From Girardia tigrina (lineage: Eukaryota): DNA of 54,430 nucleotides. Where the stretch lies: assembly GCA_001938485.1 (NCBI GenBank), contig MQRK01250505.1:12567-66996 (forward strand). Reading direction: 5' to 3'. Positions 1 to 11,828 of this stretch are shown here, piece by piece. Below the pieces are notes generated by a model. That model saw nothing but the letters and a program-made list of their open reading frames with translations, made no database searches and had not been told where the DNA came from. Position numbers and translations under genes: made by a program. The first letter of the stretch is position 1. Each line of letters opens with the position of its first letter.

Positions 1-1349
1 ATAGCTATCATATTAATTTCTTTTATTTAAAATATTGTTATATAACATGAGTAATATATATATACTAAATTACAGAGATATATCTTTAATAATAGAAAAG
101 ATAGGGCTTTATTTAAAAACAGTGATAATTATATGACTCAGACTGTATATATATATAATATTAAAATGTTATGTATTATGGTTACGGTAACCATGATACT
201 TTTGGTGGTTGATGTTTAGGCTCAGGTACTTTTGGTGATTATGCAGTTGTTATGTATTATATTTATGTATGTTTGAAGTACAATTGGAGTGTTTACATGT
301 CGTTTTAACATCTAAAATAAAAGGTTATGTATCTTGGTTACGATAACCATGGTACTTGTGATTGATAGTTAGGTACATTAGGCGATTCATGAGGTATTGT
401 TTGATGGTAAACAACATACATATATCATTTGGGTTTCATATATATACGATAAAATTTTTGAGCACTTTTTTGAGAATTTCAGAAATGTTTGAAAAAATCG
501 ATTTATCAGCACTTTTTCGAAAAAGTTGATATGGAATATAAATGTACGTATATGTATTACTATTCAAGTGCATATGGTTTTTATACATTTTGAATAAATT
601 TAAAATTTTAATAATTTAATTATACAAATTTTCCAATAAAATATTTAATTAATTTTTTATTTACAAACATTTTATAAATCTGTTTTTGAAATTTTTGGTT
701 AAACTTTTTACATTAATTAATTTTAATCATTATTTTAAAAAATTGAGAATTATATTCTCCATAAAAAGTTTTCTATATGTAGTTATATAATATTATTAAC
801 TTAATTAATTTATTAATTTATATTATTAACTGGTATATTTTATCAAACAAAATATATTTTAAATTCAAAAAAATCATTTATTTAAAATTCATTTAAAAAT
901 TATTTTATCAAAAGCAACCATCTAAGCAGAGCACAGAAAAAAGGCGAATTTGATCGACCAAGATAATAATTATTTTATAGTTTCAACAAAAGAAAATTAT
1001 AAAATTTAATAATTTTAATAAATAAAATTTCATTTTTAAAAGCAAAGAATTTTCTTAATATTTTAAAAACTGATTTTTAGTATTAATGATTTCTTTTTAA
1101 AATGAAATAAAAATAATTAATTATTTAATATTTATTAATTTCAAATAAATTAATTAATCATCTAAGCAGGGATGTACCTTTTATTAGTGCAATTTTTCAG
1201 GTAGTGTACTTTAATTTGTGTACTTTAAATGTTAAACAATAAATTTGTGTAACATTTATTGTTATATATTATATTTAATGTTGTATAACTTAGTTTTGTA
1301 TATATTTTACTAATAAATTTATTAGTCTTTTCATAGCGATATATATACA

Positions 1350-1655
1350 TAGGGTTTTTAAGGCCATTTTGGGCGTACAATGTACACCCAAAACTTTGGT
1401 TATTTTTAGGTAAATCATGGGTTCATAAAAAAAATACACACACTGCTATTCCACACACTCTCTCTTCCTCTCGCATATACATGCTCCTACTCAAGGTTAT
1501 TTATAATTGTATACTTATTTAATAATTAAATGACATACTTTTGTTCTTAACCCTTTAAATCCAGTGTGCATGTGTGATGTAACAATTTTTGAGTAAAAAT
1601 AAATATTATACTGTATACCCACATTTTCTTAGGTTACACCCTGCTGGAAACCCTA
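1350..1655. mobile_element. Short TIR element (MITE, possibly hAT-like)
   Basis: Begins TAGGGTTTTTAAG at ~1350 and ends CTGGAAACCCTA at ~1655, forming imperfect inverted termini. No ORF. Confidence 0.4.
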
Positions 1656-1664
1656 AAAAAACGC

Positions 1665-1714
<50 letters not shown>

Positions 1715-2440
1715 GGTTCCGAAAAAATACATGTGAACACTTTTGATAAAATTTTATAAAGGAAAAATTTTAAATAATTCTTTTAGTAAAATTATTAATT
1801 TCAAACAAAATAATATTTAGTTTAACAAACCTTGGAATTAAAAATTATAAATGTTTGTTTTACTTCATCAAAAATTATAAATATTTTACTCTTTGTTTTA
1901 TCTCATCAATTTTCAAGGCTGAGGAAAATTACTATATAAACAACATCAAATCTAGTTTTAGTTTGCCCAAAAATACTTGCAAGAAATCTAACTAAGAAGA
2001 GTCGTGTTAACAAGTAACGTAAAAACTTATTTTATTTTTATTTTATTAAAATATTAATCTTACAAACCATAAGTACGCCGTATGGGAGAAGAAGGTTTGT
2101 TTTAAATTACAATATCGTTTGTTTTGGGAGATTCACGGTTTTTACTGTAATCTATTAACTCATACGAAATAATGTTTTGTGTTTTGTTCTGTCATCAAGA
2201 ATTGAATTATTATTATTATTTTTGTCCTGACAATATTTGTTATTTGAAATAAAGTTTCATAAAGAATTTGTGTTCATTATTCATATATTTATGTTGGAAG
2301 TCCCTTCTGATTAATTGGAGTCAGATTATGGATTAAAGATTATTGATTAAGAATTATTGATTAAAGGTTATTGATTAAAGAATAAAGAATAGAGATTTAC
2401 GATTACAGTAATATATATATATATATTACATATATATATT

Positions 2441-2491
<51 letters not shown>

Positions 2492-2950
2492 TTTAAATGT
2501 CACAAGTATGAATCCTTGTACATTTGAGAAACACATCGTCATCTCCGTACTAGAATAGCAGAACACACTCAAACAGCTCCATTCTCGATCATTTATTTAG
2601 TTGCCGTGATCGTTAAAAAATAAATTATGAAAAAGAATTCCAAGGGTTGAATAAAAATTTTGACACAAATTTCGAGCGGATGATCGCTGATGCATTATTT
2701 ATTATGAAATGAAAACAATGCTTAAATATACAAAGTGATTTATCTAAACGCATTAAAGTTTTTTTTTTAAATATTGAAATTATTTGTGGTGTAACTGTGA
2801 GAAAACCATTTCAATGACTTGTAATTTTGTTTAAATATTCATTTTTACTGAAGATGCCTGGAAGGGAAAATTAGTTTTACGATATAAAATTATTGATAAA
2901 TGGCGTTTTTGTTTTCTTTTATCTAAATTACCATTGAGCCTTATTCAAAA

Positions 2951-2987
<37 letters not shown>

Positions 2988-3598
2988 AAGGATATTTTAC
3001 CATAAGTTCTTCTGAAAACGTATCGAAATGAATATTAAGTGTGAAAGAATAAATAGCAATTTAGTGACTGCGGATGACAAATCAAGAATGCAATTTCCAA
3101 ATAAACAAGTATCATGCGATGAAATAATGGAATACAGTGGATGTAAAAGAATACATTAAAAACAAATATGATTTTTTAGAATGGTATTTCTTATCACAAA
3201 AAGGTAATTAAAAATGTAAGTTAAAACGAAGAGATAACTATAAAATGACGATATGACTTGTAACATGAGATACTGTTTATACGGAGATATGAAACAATTA
3301 AAATACCTCAAAAGTCGACAGTCTTCTGAATGATAGGTTTAAAGTCTAAAAGCAGCTTCAATAAATGATCTCGTTATTTTACTTGACCAGCAACCCTTGA
3401 TTAACTAAGTTTTGTGGGATATTTGATACACAAAAATTATCTCTGGATTAGCTTCTTCTAATGAGAATAAGATAATAATTCTTTGATTACATTTAAACAC
3501 CATTCAAAATTTTCAAAATTTTTATTTTTAAAAAATGTGATCGTCGGACAAAACAAATAATGATCAAAACAACGTATATAATATGAAATCCATAATTA

Positions 3599-5069
3599 TT
3601 GGTTCGTACCAATATTTCTGTTTGTGATCAGTAAAGGCGGAAATTACTAGCGCAGTATATAGTAACATATAAAGAGTAAAAATATGTAATAGTTAAAAAA
3701 ATATTTACAGAAAATATTTATTGAATAATTGTTGGAATATTGGTTGATTTATTTGTCTGTATGATGACGGAAATTCGAAAAAATCTTCGTTTCTATACCT
3801 TCTCCCGTTATTCACTCGGCATAACGGGAAGTAACATTTATCAGAAAATTATCTCTGTTCATGGTGCTGACAGTGTTGGAGAATCTACGATGTATCGGTG
3901 GATAACTGAATTTGACAATGGCAAGACTTCTTTTGCTTGGGAAAACTGCGGGAGAAAATCAACAAAAACAACCCCTGAAAACATTATGTTGTTCTCTGGA
4001 ATTATTAACGCCAATGGTGCAGTGACCATTGATGAAATTGAAGATGAGACATCCCTCAGTCATGGAACCATTCAGCGTATTGTGAGTGACCATTTGGGTT
4101 TTCGGTCTGTTGCATGTAAGTGGGTTCCTCATGCATTGTCAAATGATCAAAAGGTTAATCGTGTCACTGCTGCAAAGGATTGGTTGAAATATTTGAAAAG
4201 CAAACACCAACATGAACATATTTTGAAGGTGGATGAGAAGTGGTTTTAGTGGTTTTTCTCAACTTATTCTCAAACTTTAAATGGGTTCGAAGTGCGCCTC
4301 TCTTTAATATTTTTGTTGGAGGTGTTCATCGAATACAAATGCCTAGTGGGCCATTTTTGGTAAGCAGAACTGGCGATGTGGGATGAACCAAACATACATG
4401 GATGAGAAGTGGTTTTATATGAGAACTGTTGGCAAGAAAAAAGGCAACCGTTGCTGGGGCTCCCCTGATGGTGATCACAGTGAACCCATTCATGTCGTGA
4501 AGCGTAGCCAGTTTGACAGAAAAATCATGCCTGTCATCGCAGTGTCCTTCACTGGAAAATATCATTGCAAACTGCTGCAGGAGAAAGAAAGCATGAATAG
4601 CGAGCGTTATGTCACTTTTCTTGTTAATATGGAGAAGAAGATTAGTCGACATGTTTTTCCATTCAACTGGAGAAACATGATTTTCGTGCAAGATAACGCA
4701 AGGCCTCGTGTTTCCAAAGTAACATCAATGTTTCTCGCAAAAAAGAATGCTACCTTGCTCCGTCAATCACCATATTCCCTGATTATAACATCTTGGATCG
4801 CTTTATTCATTTTTACTTGGAAGATCAGCGACACAAAACCAATTTTCAATCTGCAGATGAGTTACATCAATCCATTACATCAGAACTAAAAAATATTTCT
4901 GCTGATCGATGGTCATCTAAGATGGGAAAACTGATACAATGCGTCCCTAATGTTATAAAGAAGAATGGTGATTATGAATGAATGTATTACACAGGGTTGT
5001 TTCTTTTACATTGCTCGTTAAAAATGATATTGACATTTCAAAAGTCTCATTCTTTCTGGTATGAACTAA
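3599..5069 (+). mobile_element. Mariner (DD34D) transposon, disrupted
   Basis: TA-flanked imperfect TIRs (ttggttcgtacca / tggtatgaactaa). ORF pieces carry an HTH, KWVPHAL, DEKW, QDNARP and a frameshifted PYSPDYNILD. Interrupted by an insert at 4249-4398. Confidence 0.92.
4249..4398 (+). pseudogene. 28S (LSU) rRNA fragment inserted in the mariner, flanked by a 19-bp duplication
   Basis: Contains the conserved LSU blocks TATTCTCAAACTTTAAATGGGT and GCCTAGTGGGCCATTTTTGGTAAGCAGAACTGGCGATG(T)GGGATGAACC. Flanked by the direct repeat TGGATGAGAAGTGGTTTTA at 4230-4248 and 4399-4417. Confidence 0.9.
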
Positions 5070-5544
5070 TATATAATCAATTTATGTAATCGCCTTTTAA
5101 TTAAATACTTTTGATAAATTGGTTGAGAATTCTTTGAATGATAATTTGTTTGAAAAGTTCACGAAGTAATGATATAAATATATATATATATATATAGAGT
5201 AATAGATTGACTTTACCAATTTTAAACAAGTAATTCGATATATTTCGCATTGTAACACCAAAGTTTAGTGATAAATCATGAGCACTTTAGGATATATCAA
5301 ACTCAATGGTTACCTTCGGTTTTTCATTGTCTACCCTGCGTTTCTGAGTGACCTTAAGACTAAATATTTAGATTAAAATTACCTTTTACAATTTTTTTGA
5401 ACCAATTTAATGTTGTATGCTAGTACCATTGTATCTGAATATACTAATTGATGTATTGCACGGTTTCTGATGCTGAAGTTCCACGTAGGAACTAGTACTT
5501 CAATTTCAACCTTGCCATTATTTGATTACTAATTATTAAGAAAC

Positions 5545-6590
5545 GTTATTATTTTGAGGAATATTTTAAACTGTTTGAATGTGTGAATGTATGGATGCTG
5601 TATGTTGATTTAAGTATGTTGAATTTAGAATGGTGATTCTCCCATTAGATGGAAATTGGTATTTTTTTATTAAGTTTAAAGTGATTGACTATTCAAACAT
5701 AATTAAAATAATCATTTTATAAGTTAATATCTTTAATTTCACAATTAAAATTTAGTTTAATAATTTTTAGTAAAATTTAAATTAAATGCATTTTTAATAA
5801 TTTGATATCATTTTTATTATTTTGGGATTTATTGAAAAATGGTAAAAATTAATATTTTTAATTAATATTTTTAGAGGTTAAATATTTGAAAAAATAATTT
5901 AAAAAAATTGTTCGAATAATCATTATTAAGAACACCAACATGGATTTTCAAACTTTTATTTTCATTACAGTCAGAATTGTCTTTTGGACAACTCTCAGCA
6001 AAACTCTCGTCATTCGACATCGTTCTAAATTGATAATTTTTTGTTAATGTTTTTTAATAAACAATTATTCTAACAAATTTTTCATTATTTTCTGATTTTA
6101 TTTTTAAAATTCAAATTTCGTAATTTTAGTAATAATTTAATCTACTTATTAATTTTATTTAAAAATGATTTTATGTAAAGAAAGAACATTTATTTAATTT
6201 AAAACTTAGTTAAAAGTTATTTACTTTATTTAAATTTTTAATATTAAAATTTGAAACGATTTAATATTTTTAATCTTTTTAAATATCTTATGCTGTACTT
6301 CAATATATAAATTATACTCGAATAATTATTCATCGTGAACATCCAAAATATCAATTTTCCATCTGGGTGGGAGAAACACATTTCCAAATACTAAACTCAA
6401 CATACAAAATTCAACAAACCAATTTCAACATACCAAATTTAAAATATTCCTCACAATCAGGATTAAAAACAGAAATAAGAAAACCAATTAGAAGGATGAC
6501 AAACGATGAAAGACTTTCTGAGAGTCGTAATGACTCTAAATGTAATTGCAATAAAGATTTAAATGAGACTTGTTTAAATGTTCTTAATAA
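5545..6590. repeat. Cluster of copies of a ~0.5 kb AT-rich dispersed repeat (family X), in both orientations
   Basis: 5545-5920 is the reverse complement of ~28110-28490, and 6455-6590 of ~27988-28120. Core TTCCATCTGGGTGGGAGAA; terminus TATTAAGAAC. Confidence 0.75.
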
Positions 6591-7332
6591 TTATAAAAAA
6601 ATTATAAGTTTTGTATTATTTTCAAATATTTAACATAACTTATACTAATTTATAACTTAAATCAAATAGTATTATGAGGTTGTCAAGTATGATATTTGTA
6701 GGAATGATTACAATTATAAGTTATAATTGAAGCGAAATATTTAAAATTTAATCTTTTTCAAATCTCTTCGTTAAATTTTTCAGAAAATAATTTTTGCAAA
6801 AATACTCCTTGCAAGGGTTGTGAGAGTTGTGTAATATTAAACTGAATTAAGTTAATTATATTTTAAAGAATAAAATGTTTTCATACTGTCAATTTCATCC
6901 ATCGACTATTAAAAACAAGAAAACACAATTTTTAAAAATTTATTATTATTTGATAATTCTGATCATTAAAACAACATTATTTATTTTAAAATAATATTTT
7001 TAATTTAAGTAAATGTATTTTATACATACATAATGAACACAAACAAATATTTTAATGCATTTCCACAACCTTACCAATGATCTGTCCTTTTGACTAAAAT
7101 GAATATTTCTTTCTTTGACCATTTTCTGATCTTCTCTTTATTTATCCAAAGGCTTCTTGAGTAAATATAAGCAATCTAAAAAATTCTTATATAAATAATA
7201 TGATAAATTAAATGTATTTATAACTCTAAAAAAAGTAAAAGTTAGTTATCCAAATTTTTATTTATATTATATTTTATTTTTATTTATCTAAATCTTGTTT
7301 GGTTTATTTCACCTTGTTTCTGTCCAATTCAT

Positions 7333-7430
7333 CAATACTTTCCGTCTGGATTTTTCTGCTCGTGATCGTCGACTTCTTGTTGTAATGCGCCAAACGACTG
7401 ACCAGACTTGCCACTTGCTGAAAAACATCA
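7333..7430 (-). pseudogene. H2B: Histone H2B coding fragment
   Basis: Minus-strand frame reads [29 protein letters not shown], compared with H2[30 protein letters not shown]. Flanked by TCCAATTCAT at 7323-7332 and 7431-7440. Confidence 0.85.
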
Positions 7431-7440
7431 TCCAATTCAT

Positions 7441-7887
7441 TTATAATGCCCAATCACGATTTTTGGCCCTGAAGAGGGCCGTATGTCTTTCGCAATTATT
7501 AGAAGCACTTGAGGAACCACCGAAGAGATAAACTGGTTGAAACAATTTCCCAAGATTCGAATTCAGTACATAATCGAGAGTGGTACTATTCAATTTAACC
7601 ATGACGCTGATCGGCACACGCTTTCCATGAATTCCAGAAGTAAAATAAACGTAAATTATCTGTAATTGCAAATCACAGTCGCCTTCGTAAACTCCAGTGG
7701 TTGGTTTGATTCCGTGTTCATTGGGCATTATTTTCCTAAACTTCGTTCCAATACTGTTTCCACAACTTTGAAATATTCTCCTTAATTCATACCATTGATC
7801 ATGAATTCCTCCACATGTCTTTATAAAATAATCCACATTAAAAATAGAGTCAAAAGACAAAGTTATCTGTTCTTTTAAATTAGACAT
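7441..7887 (-). CDS. Intact 148-aa orphan ORF, possibly a very diverged H4-like protein
   Basis: ATG-initiated and stop-free in AT-rich DNA, with CCAAT and TATATAAAG upstream. Weak in-order echoes of H4 (RKI..N..GIKP, GVYE, HGKR, YLFGG), but the spacing differs from H4. Confidence 0.4.
   Translation of the reverse strand: MSNLKEQITLSFDSIFNVDYFIKTCGGIHDQWYELRRIFQSCGNSIGTKFRKIMPNEHGIKPTTGVYEGDCDLQLQIIYVYFTSGIHGKRVPISVMVKLNSTTLDYVLNSNLGKLFQPVYLFGGSSSASNNCERHTALFRAKNRDWAL
7465..7480 (-). terminator. Histone-mRNA-type 3' stem-loop
   Basis: GGCCCT-CTTC-AGGGCC: 6-bp stem and 4-nt loop fitting GGYYYU-YUUN-ARRRCC, with A/C-rich flanks (AAGACATAC / AAAAA). Confidence 0.75.
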
Positions 7888-7970
7888 TTAGACAATTAAA
7901 TTAGACAATTAGACAAGGCAAATCGATTTTCTTTATATATCTTTATTGGTTATCAAAACTGTATAATTAT

Positions 7971-7990
7971 AATAATTCGTTTAAACAAAC
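7971..7990 (-). promoter_or_regulatory. Shared upstream motif GTTTGTTTAAACGAATTATT (copy 1)
   Basis: Identical 20-mer at 21524-21543. Both copies end 84-85 nt before an ATG. Confidence 0.55.
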
Positions 7991-9389
7991 AAATTTTAAA
8001 CCATAACAATTTTAAATTCTTAATATAACGTATATACATATACATATATAAATATATATTATACAAAATTCCAATTTCAATGTTAATTATTTCTTTAATT
8101 TTTTTTATATTAATTCAAATCTGGAACACCTCAAATTTGATTATTTATGTAAAAAGACGTTTGATTATTAATCTTTCCTAAAAATAAAGAGAGATCTCCT
8201 TTCAAAAATCAAAATTAAAAGAACTTGATCGTGTATCAAAGGAAGATATTATTTTCCAAAATTATAATATATTATTAAATAATTATTTAACATTCACAAT
8301 TAAAGTAAAATTACCTATAGAAAACCTTATTTTTTGATTATAATTATGAGTCATAAATTTTGGTTAATAATAGGAATAAACTTTTTCTTTTTTATTAAAA
8401 GATCTTTTTGAGGATACTTAATACGCACTCAAAGTAAAATATAAGTAATTTTAAATGTTATGAAGAGTATTAATTGCAATTTAAAAGAGGATAAAAGTAT
8501 TTTCTGAGCACTAAAAGAGCTAAAGGAAATTTAAATTACTTTTACAATTAAATAAAAACGCAAAACTTTTTTTAATTAACCAAATGATATTATAGTCGCT
8601 ATTTTAAGGAGATTATTTCAGGCAAATGTGGCAACCGTTAAGCTGTTGATAATGCATGAAGGAATAGCTATGGAGAAGTGTTCCATTTCTTTCAGTCTGT
8701 TCCCAGACCCGTGGAAACCATTCCTCCACGTCGTACAAAATCTTCTAATCCGATTAGACAAGAGACAGAATGAAGACAAATAATTAAAAGTCTGTTAAAA
8801 TGAAATAAAATCCTTCAAGCGGTTATTTTATTTTATATTTTTTTCTAATATTCAACAAATACGAAAGAATGAGGAAAAATTGGAGAAAATGTTTATTTGA
8901 AATTTTCGAAAATAAAATAAAAAATTCTTCTCATTATGCAAACCTCTGTAATTATTTAATCAAACAAATTCAGTTTAAAGAGAATATTTGAAATTTTTAT
9001 TTTATTTTTTTTAATTTTTTTTATAGAAAAATAAAATCTCAGAAAACCTCTGAGCAATTTAATTCAGGCAATTAACTTTCTTTTTTTCCATTCATTAATG
9101 AACTTTCATCATTCTACTTCAAAACAGCAGTTTGATTGTTATAAATTTATACAAGTGCCTTTTGAGAGCTAAATGGAGATCTTTAACAGTTCCGTTTGAT
9201 CGTGGATCGTGTCTTCGCTGGAGGGAAGAAGATTATGAAAGAATAAATATAGATATTTATTAATCTAGTTCTCTGTTTTTCATGAGAAATCGTTTGTTCA
9301 CTTCGAAGCGGAATAAATAGTCTATTTGAATGGTATTTCTAGTAAGTTAAGAAGTTCAATGTTTTGGTATCAATCTCATTTTTTATATA

Positions 9390-9651
9390 CAGTGCGTTTC
9401 ATTTAATGGCAGCACGTGGCTGCAATCATTACATTTAAAAGTGTGTGTATTTAAATATCCATAAAACGTTGTATGTTTTGTATGTGTGTATTTCTGTGCA
9501 TATGCTTGTGTTAGCATGTGTTAATTAAATTCATATATTATAAATGCAATTGTTAAAGATCGTCAACTATTATTTAATTGGATAATTAAATTCAACCAAT
9601 TTTATTAAGGTTAGAATTTCGAATCCTGCTGTTGTTAAATGAAACGCATTG
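9390..9651. mobile_element. Tc1/mariner/pogo-type MITE
   Basis: TA-flanked TIRs CAGTGCGTTTCATTTAA.../...TTAAATGAAACGCATTG. The same TIR occurs at 35949 and at 37398-37422. Confidence 0.8.
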
Positions 9652-9894
9652 TACACGAGATTAATATTAGACAACATGTTTCGAGAAATTCATATTCTTA
9701 TCATCAGATCAATTCTATTGTTTTAAGAAAATTAAAGTTGTTGTTATTAATAAACAAAATATTTATGAATGAAAAAAATGATTCATGATTAACATTATAT
9801 ACTCATTGACAGAACTCTCTCTTGTTATTTTAAAATGCCATTTATTTTCTCTATCATTCTGTACTTTACAAGAAAAAAATAATCCTTCGATTTG

Positions 9895-9943
<49 letters not shown>

Positions 9944-9945
<2 letters not shown>

Positions 9946-10181
9946 TTCAAATAATCCTGAAACAGACTTGATACAACTGAGCACTTTCAGTCGTTTTATG
10001 ACGCCTTTTTAGACAGCCTCGAGTTGATATGAACCGTTGACTGTTGTCAGGAGAGAATGCTACAGGAGATGAATAGACAAATCCGTCAACGCTTCATATC
10101 CACTCGAGGCTGTCTAAAATGGCACCATAAACGACTGAAAGTGCTCAGTTGTATCAAGTCTGTTTCATGATTATTTGAAAC
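9944..10181. repeat. Fold-back inverted repeat with ~98-bp arms and ~43-nt spacer
   Basis: 9944-10041 is a near-perfect reverse complement of 10085-10181. Confidence 0.9.
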
Positions 10182-10440
10182 GCGACCATTCAGTCAACAA
10201 GTTTCTAGAGATCGATTCAGCATTGGTGGAGTGGTTCAAAGCCTGCCGTAATTCAGCGACAGATGTTAGGGATGAACTCTACCTAGCTAAATCAGGAACA
10301 TTCATCAGCTCTATGAAAGTGTAGGATGACATCTCAAAGTCATAGGTGTAACGTTGGAAAGTGCGTTATGATATTGTTTTGAAGAAGACTTGCTGAGAAA
10401 GCACATCAGTCGCCGCAAATGCCGTGTATTATGTTCACGT
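10085..10440 (+). mobile_element. pogo/Tigger-like transposase N-terminal remnant (CENP-B-type HTH)
   Basis: Reads NKFLEIDSALVEWFK...RWKVRYDIV with in-frame stops. Confidence 0.6.
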
Positions 10441-10599
10441 TGAAATTTAGCTTGATGATGAGAGTAAAAATATTTCGAAAAATGCTGTTTCACGATAAAT
10501 CTAAATTTAAATAATTGTAGAAAAATATAATAAATTAAATACGAAATATTAAAGTTTTGTTTAAATAATCGTTTCTCAAACTATAAAATTCAAAATCAA

Positions 10600-11560
10600 G
10601 TGTTCGAGTTTGATTATAGATTATTTTTGTCATCTATTTTCTACCTGAATCACCAATGGAAAATCGTAATAAGTGCATTAATGTTACGAAAAATTCTTGT
10701 ATTCTACAGTATGTGGCATGACAATAATTTTGTAGCGAAATACACCGATATCGATTATCGTGTGTTCACGTCAGCAGGCGGATATGTGAAAGCTAATCTG
10801 TCCACGTATCGCGAGAACACCTATCGCTACACACCGCTCATCGCATATTTGATGCTTCCGAATGTCCTTTTCGGACATTTATTCGGCAAATTGTTGTTTT
10901 GTTTGTGTGATTTGATATGCGTGGGTCTCATGCATTCGATTGACCGTTTGAACAAGTTCTCTAATATTTGGCTGTTCATTTCTGCAATTTGATTGTTCAC
11001 TTCGCTTATTTTCACGGTCTCTTCTCGCGGCAATGCCGAATCGTTGTTGAGGATTTTCATTTTGTCGACTTTGTTTCTGTTACAAACGAATCGAATCGTT
11101 TTCTCAGCGATTATGTTCGGTTTTTGTGTCCATTTCAAGTTCTATCCGATCATTTATTCGTTCTTGATCTATTTGTATTATGTGACGATTATCAATTTCT
11201 TAACTTGATTTTCCCAATAGAAATCAATTGAAATTTGTGTTTGCTACTCTTGTGTCATTTGTGTTGATTTCGAGTCTTTTTTTAGCGGTTGTATGGATGG
11301 GAGTTCGTTTACCATTCGTACTTGTATCACGTACTTGTATTTACGGGTGGATATTAAACATATTTTTTCAGTTTTTTTACGCTCAATATTTACTATCGAT
11401 TACTCGTTATAAAGCGATTTTCGGACTTTGTGCTTTTATTCCCCAATTGACAATTCTGTGCTCCTTTAGTTGGAAACATCGATCTGATTTGAATTTGAGT
11501 TAGTTTTAATGTACGATTGGGTTTGTGGCGTTTAATAAAAAAAATTGGGGAGCCTCACAG
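10600..11560 (+). pseudogene. PIGM: GPI mannosyltransferase I (PIG-M/Gpi14) pseudogene, intronless
   Basis: Motifs KYTDIDYRVF, TYRYTPL, GKLLF..CD, SSRGNAES, VHFKFYPIIY and FIPQ. In-frame TGA at 10990-10992, further stops and a frameshift after ~11200. Confidence 0.88.
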
Positions 11561-11828
11561 TAGTGAATTTTGAGGTATTCAGACGGCTTCTGATTGGCCG
11601 AATTGTTTTGAAACGATTCGAACTTTTGATATATTTTTTTGTTTGCTCGAATCATTGTTATTTTGATTTTTTTGACGCGAACTTTTTTTGAAATGATCGA
11701 AAGTCGCCATTAAAAAAAATTGTATGTTCAAATTATCAATTAAAATTTCAGTGTTACTTTATTGTTTTTCTTTCAAAATTTGACATTTTGTGGTATATTT
11801 GTGTGTTTGATATCGTCCTTCAACCAGC

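Noticed and set aside
4249-4398. Functional rRNA gene or an intron in the transposase
   Set aside because: Only 150 bp of LSU sequence, no flanking rDNA, no terminal AG, and bounded by a target duplication.
10556-10569. TTTGTTTAAATAAT upstream of both PIG-M and SBDS as a shared promoter motif
   Set aside because: Almost pure A/T, and similar strings occur elsewhere (for example ~2826 and ~17526), so chance is likely.
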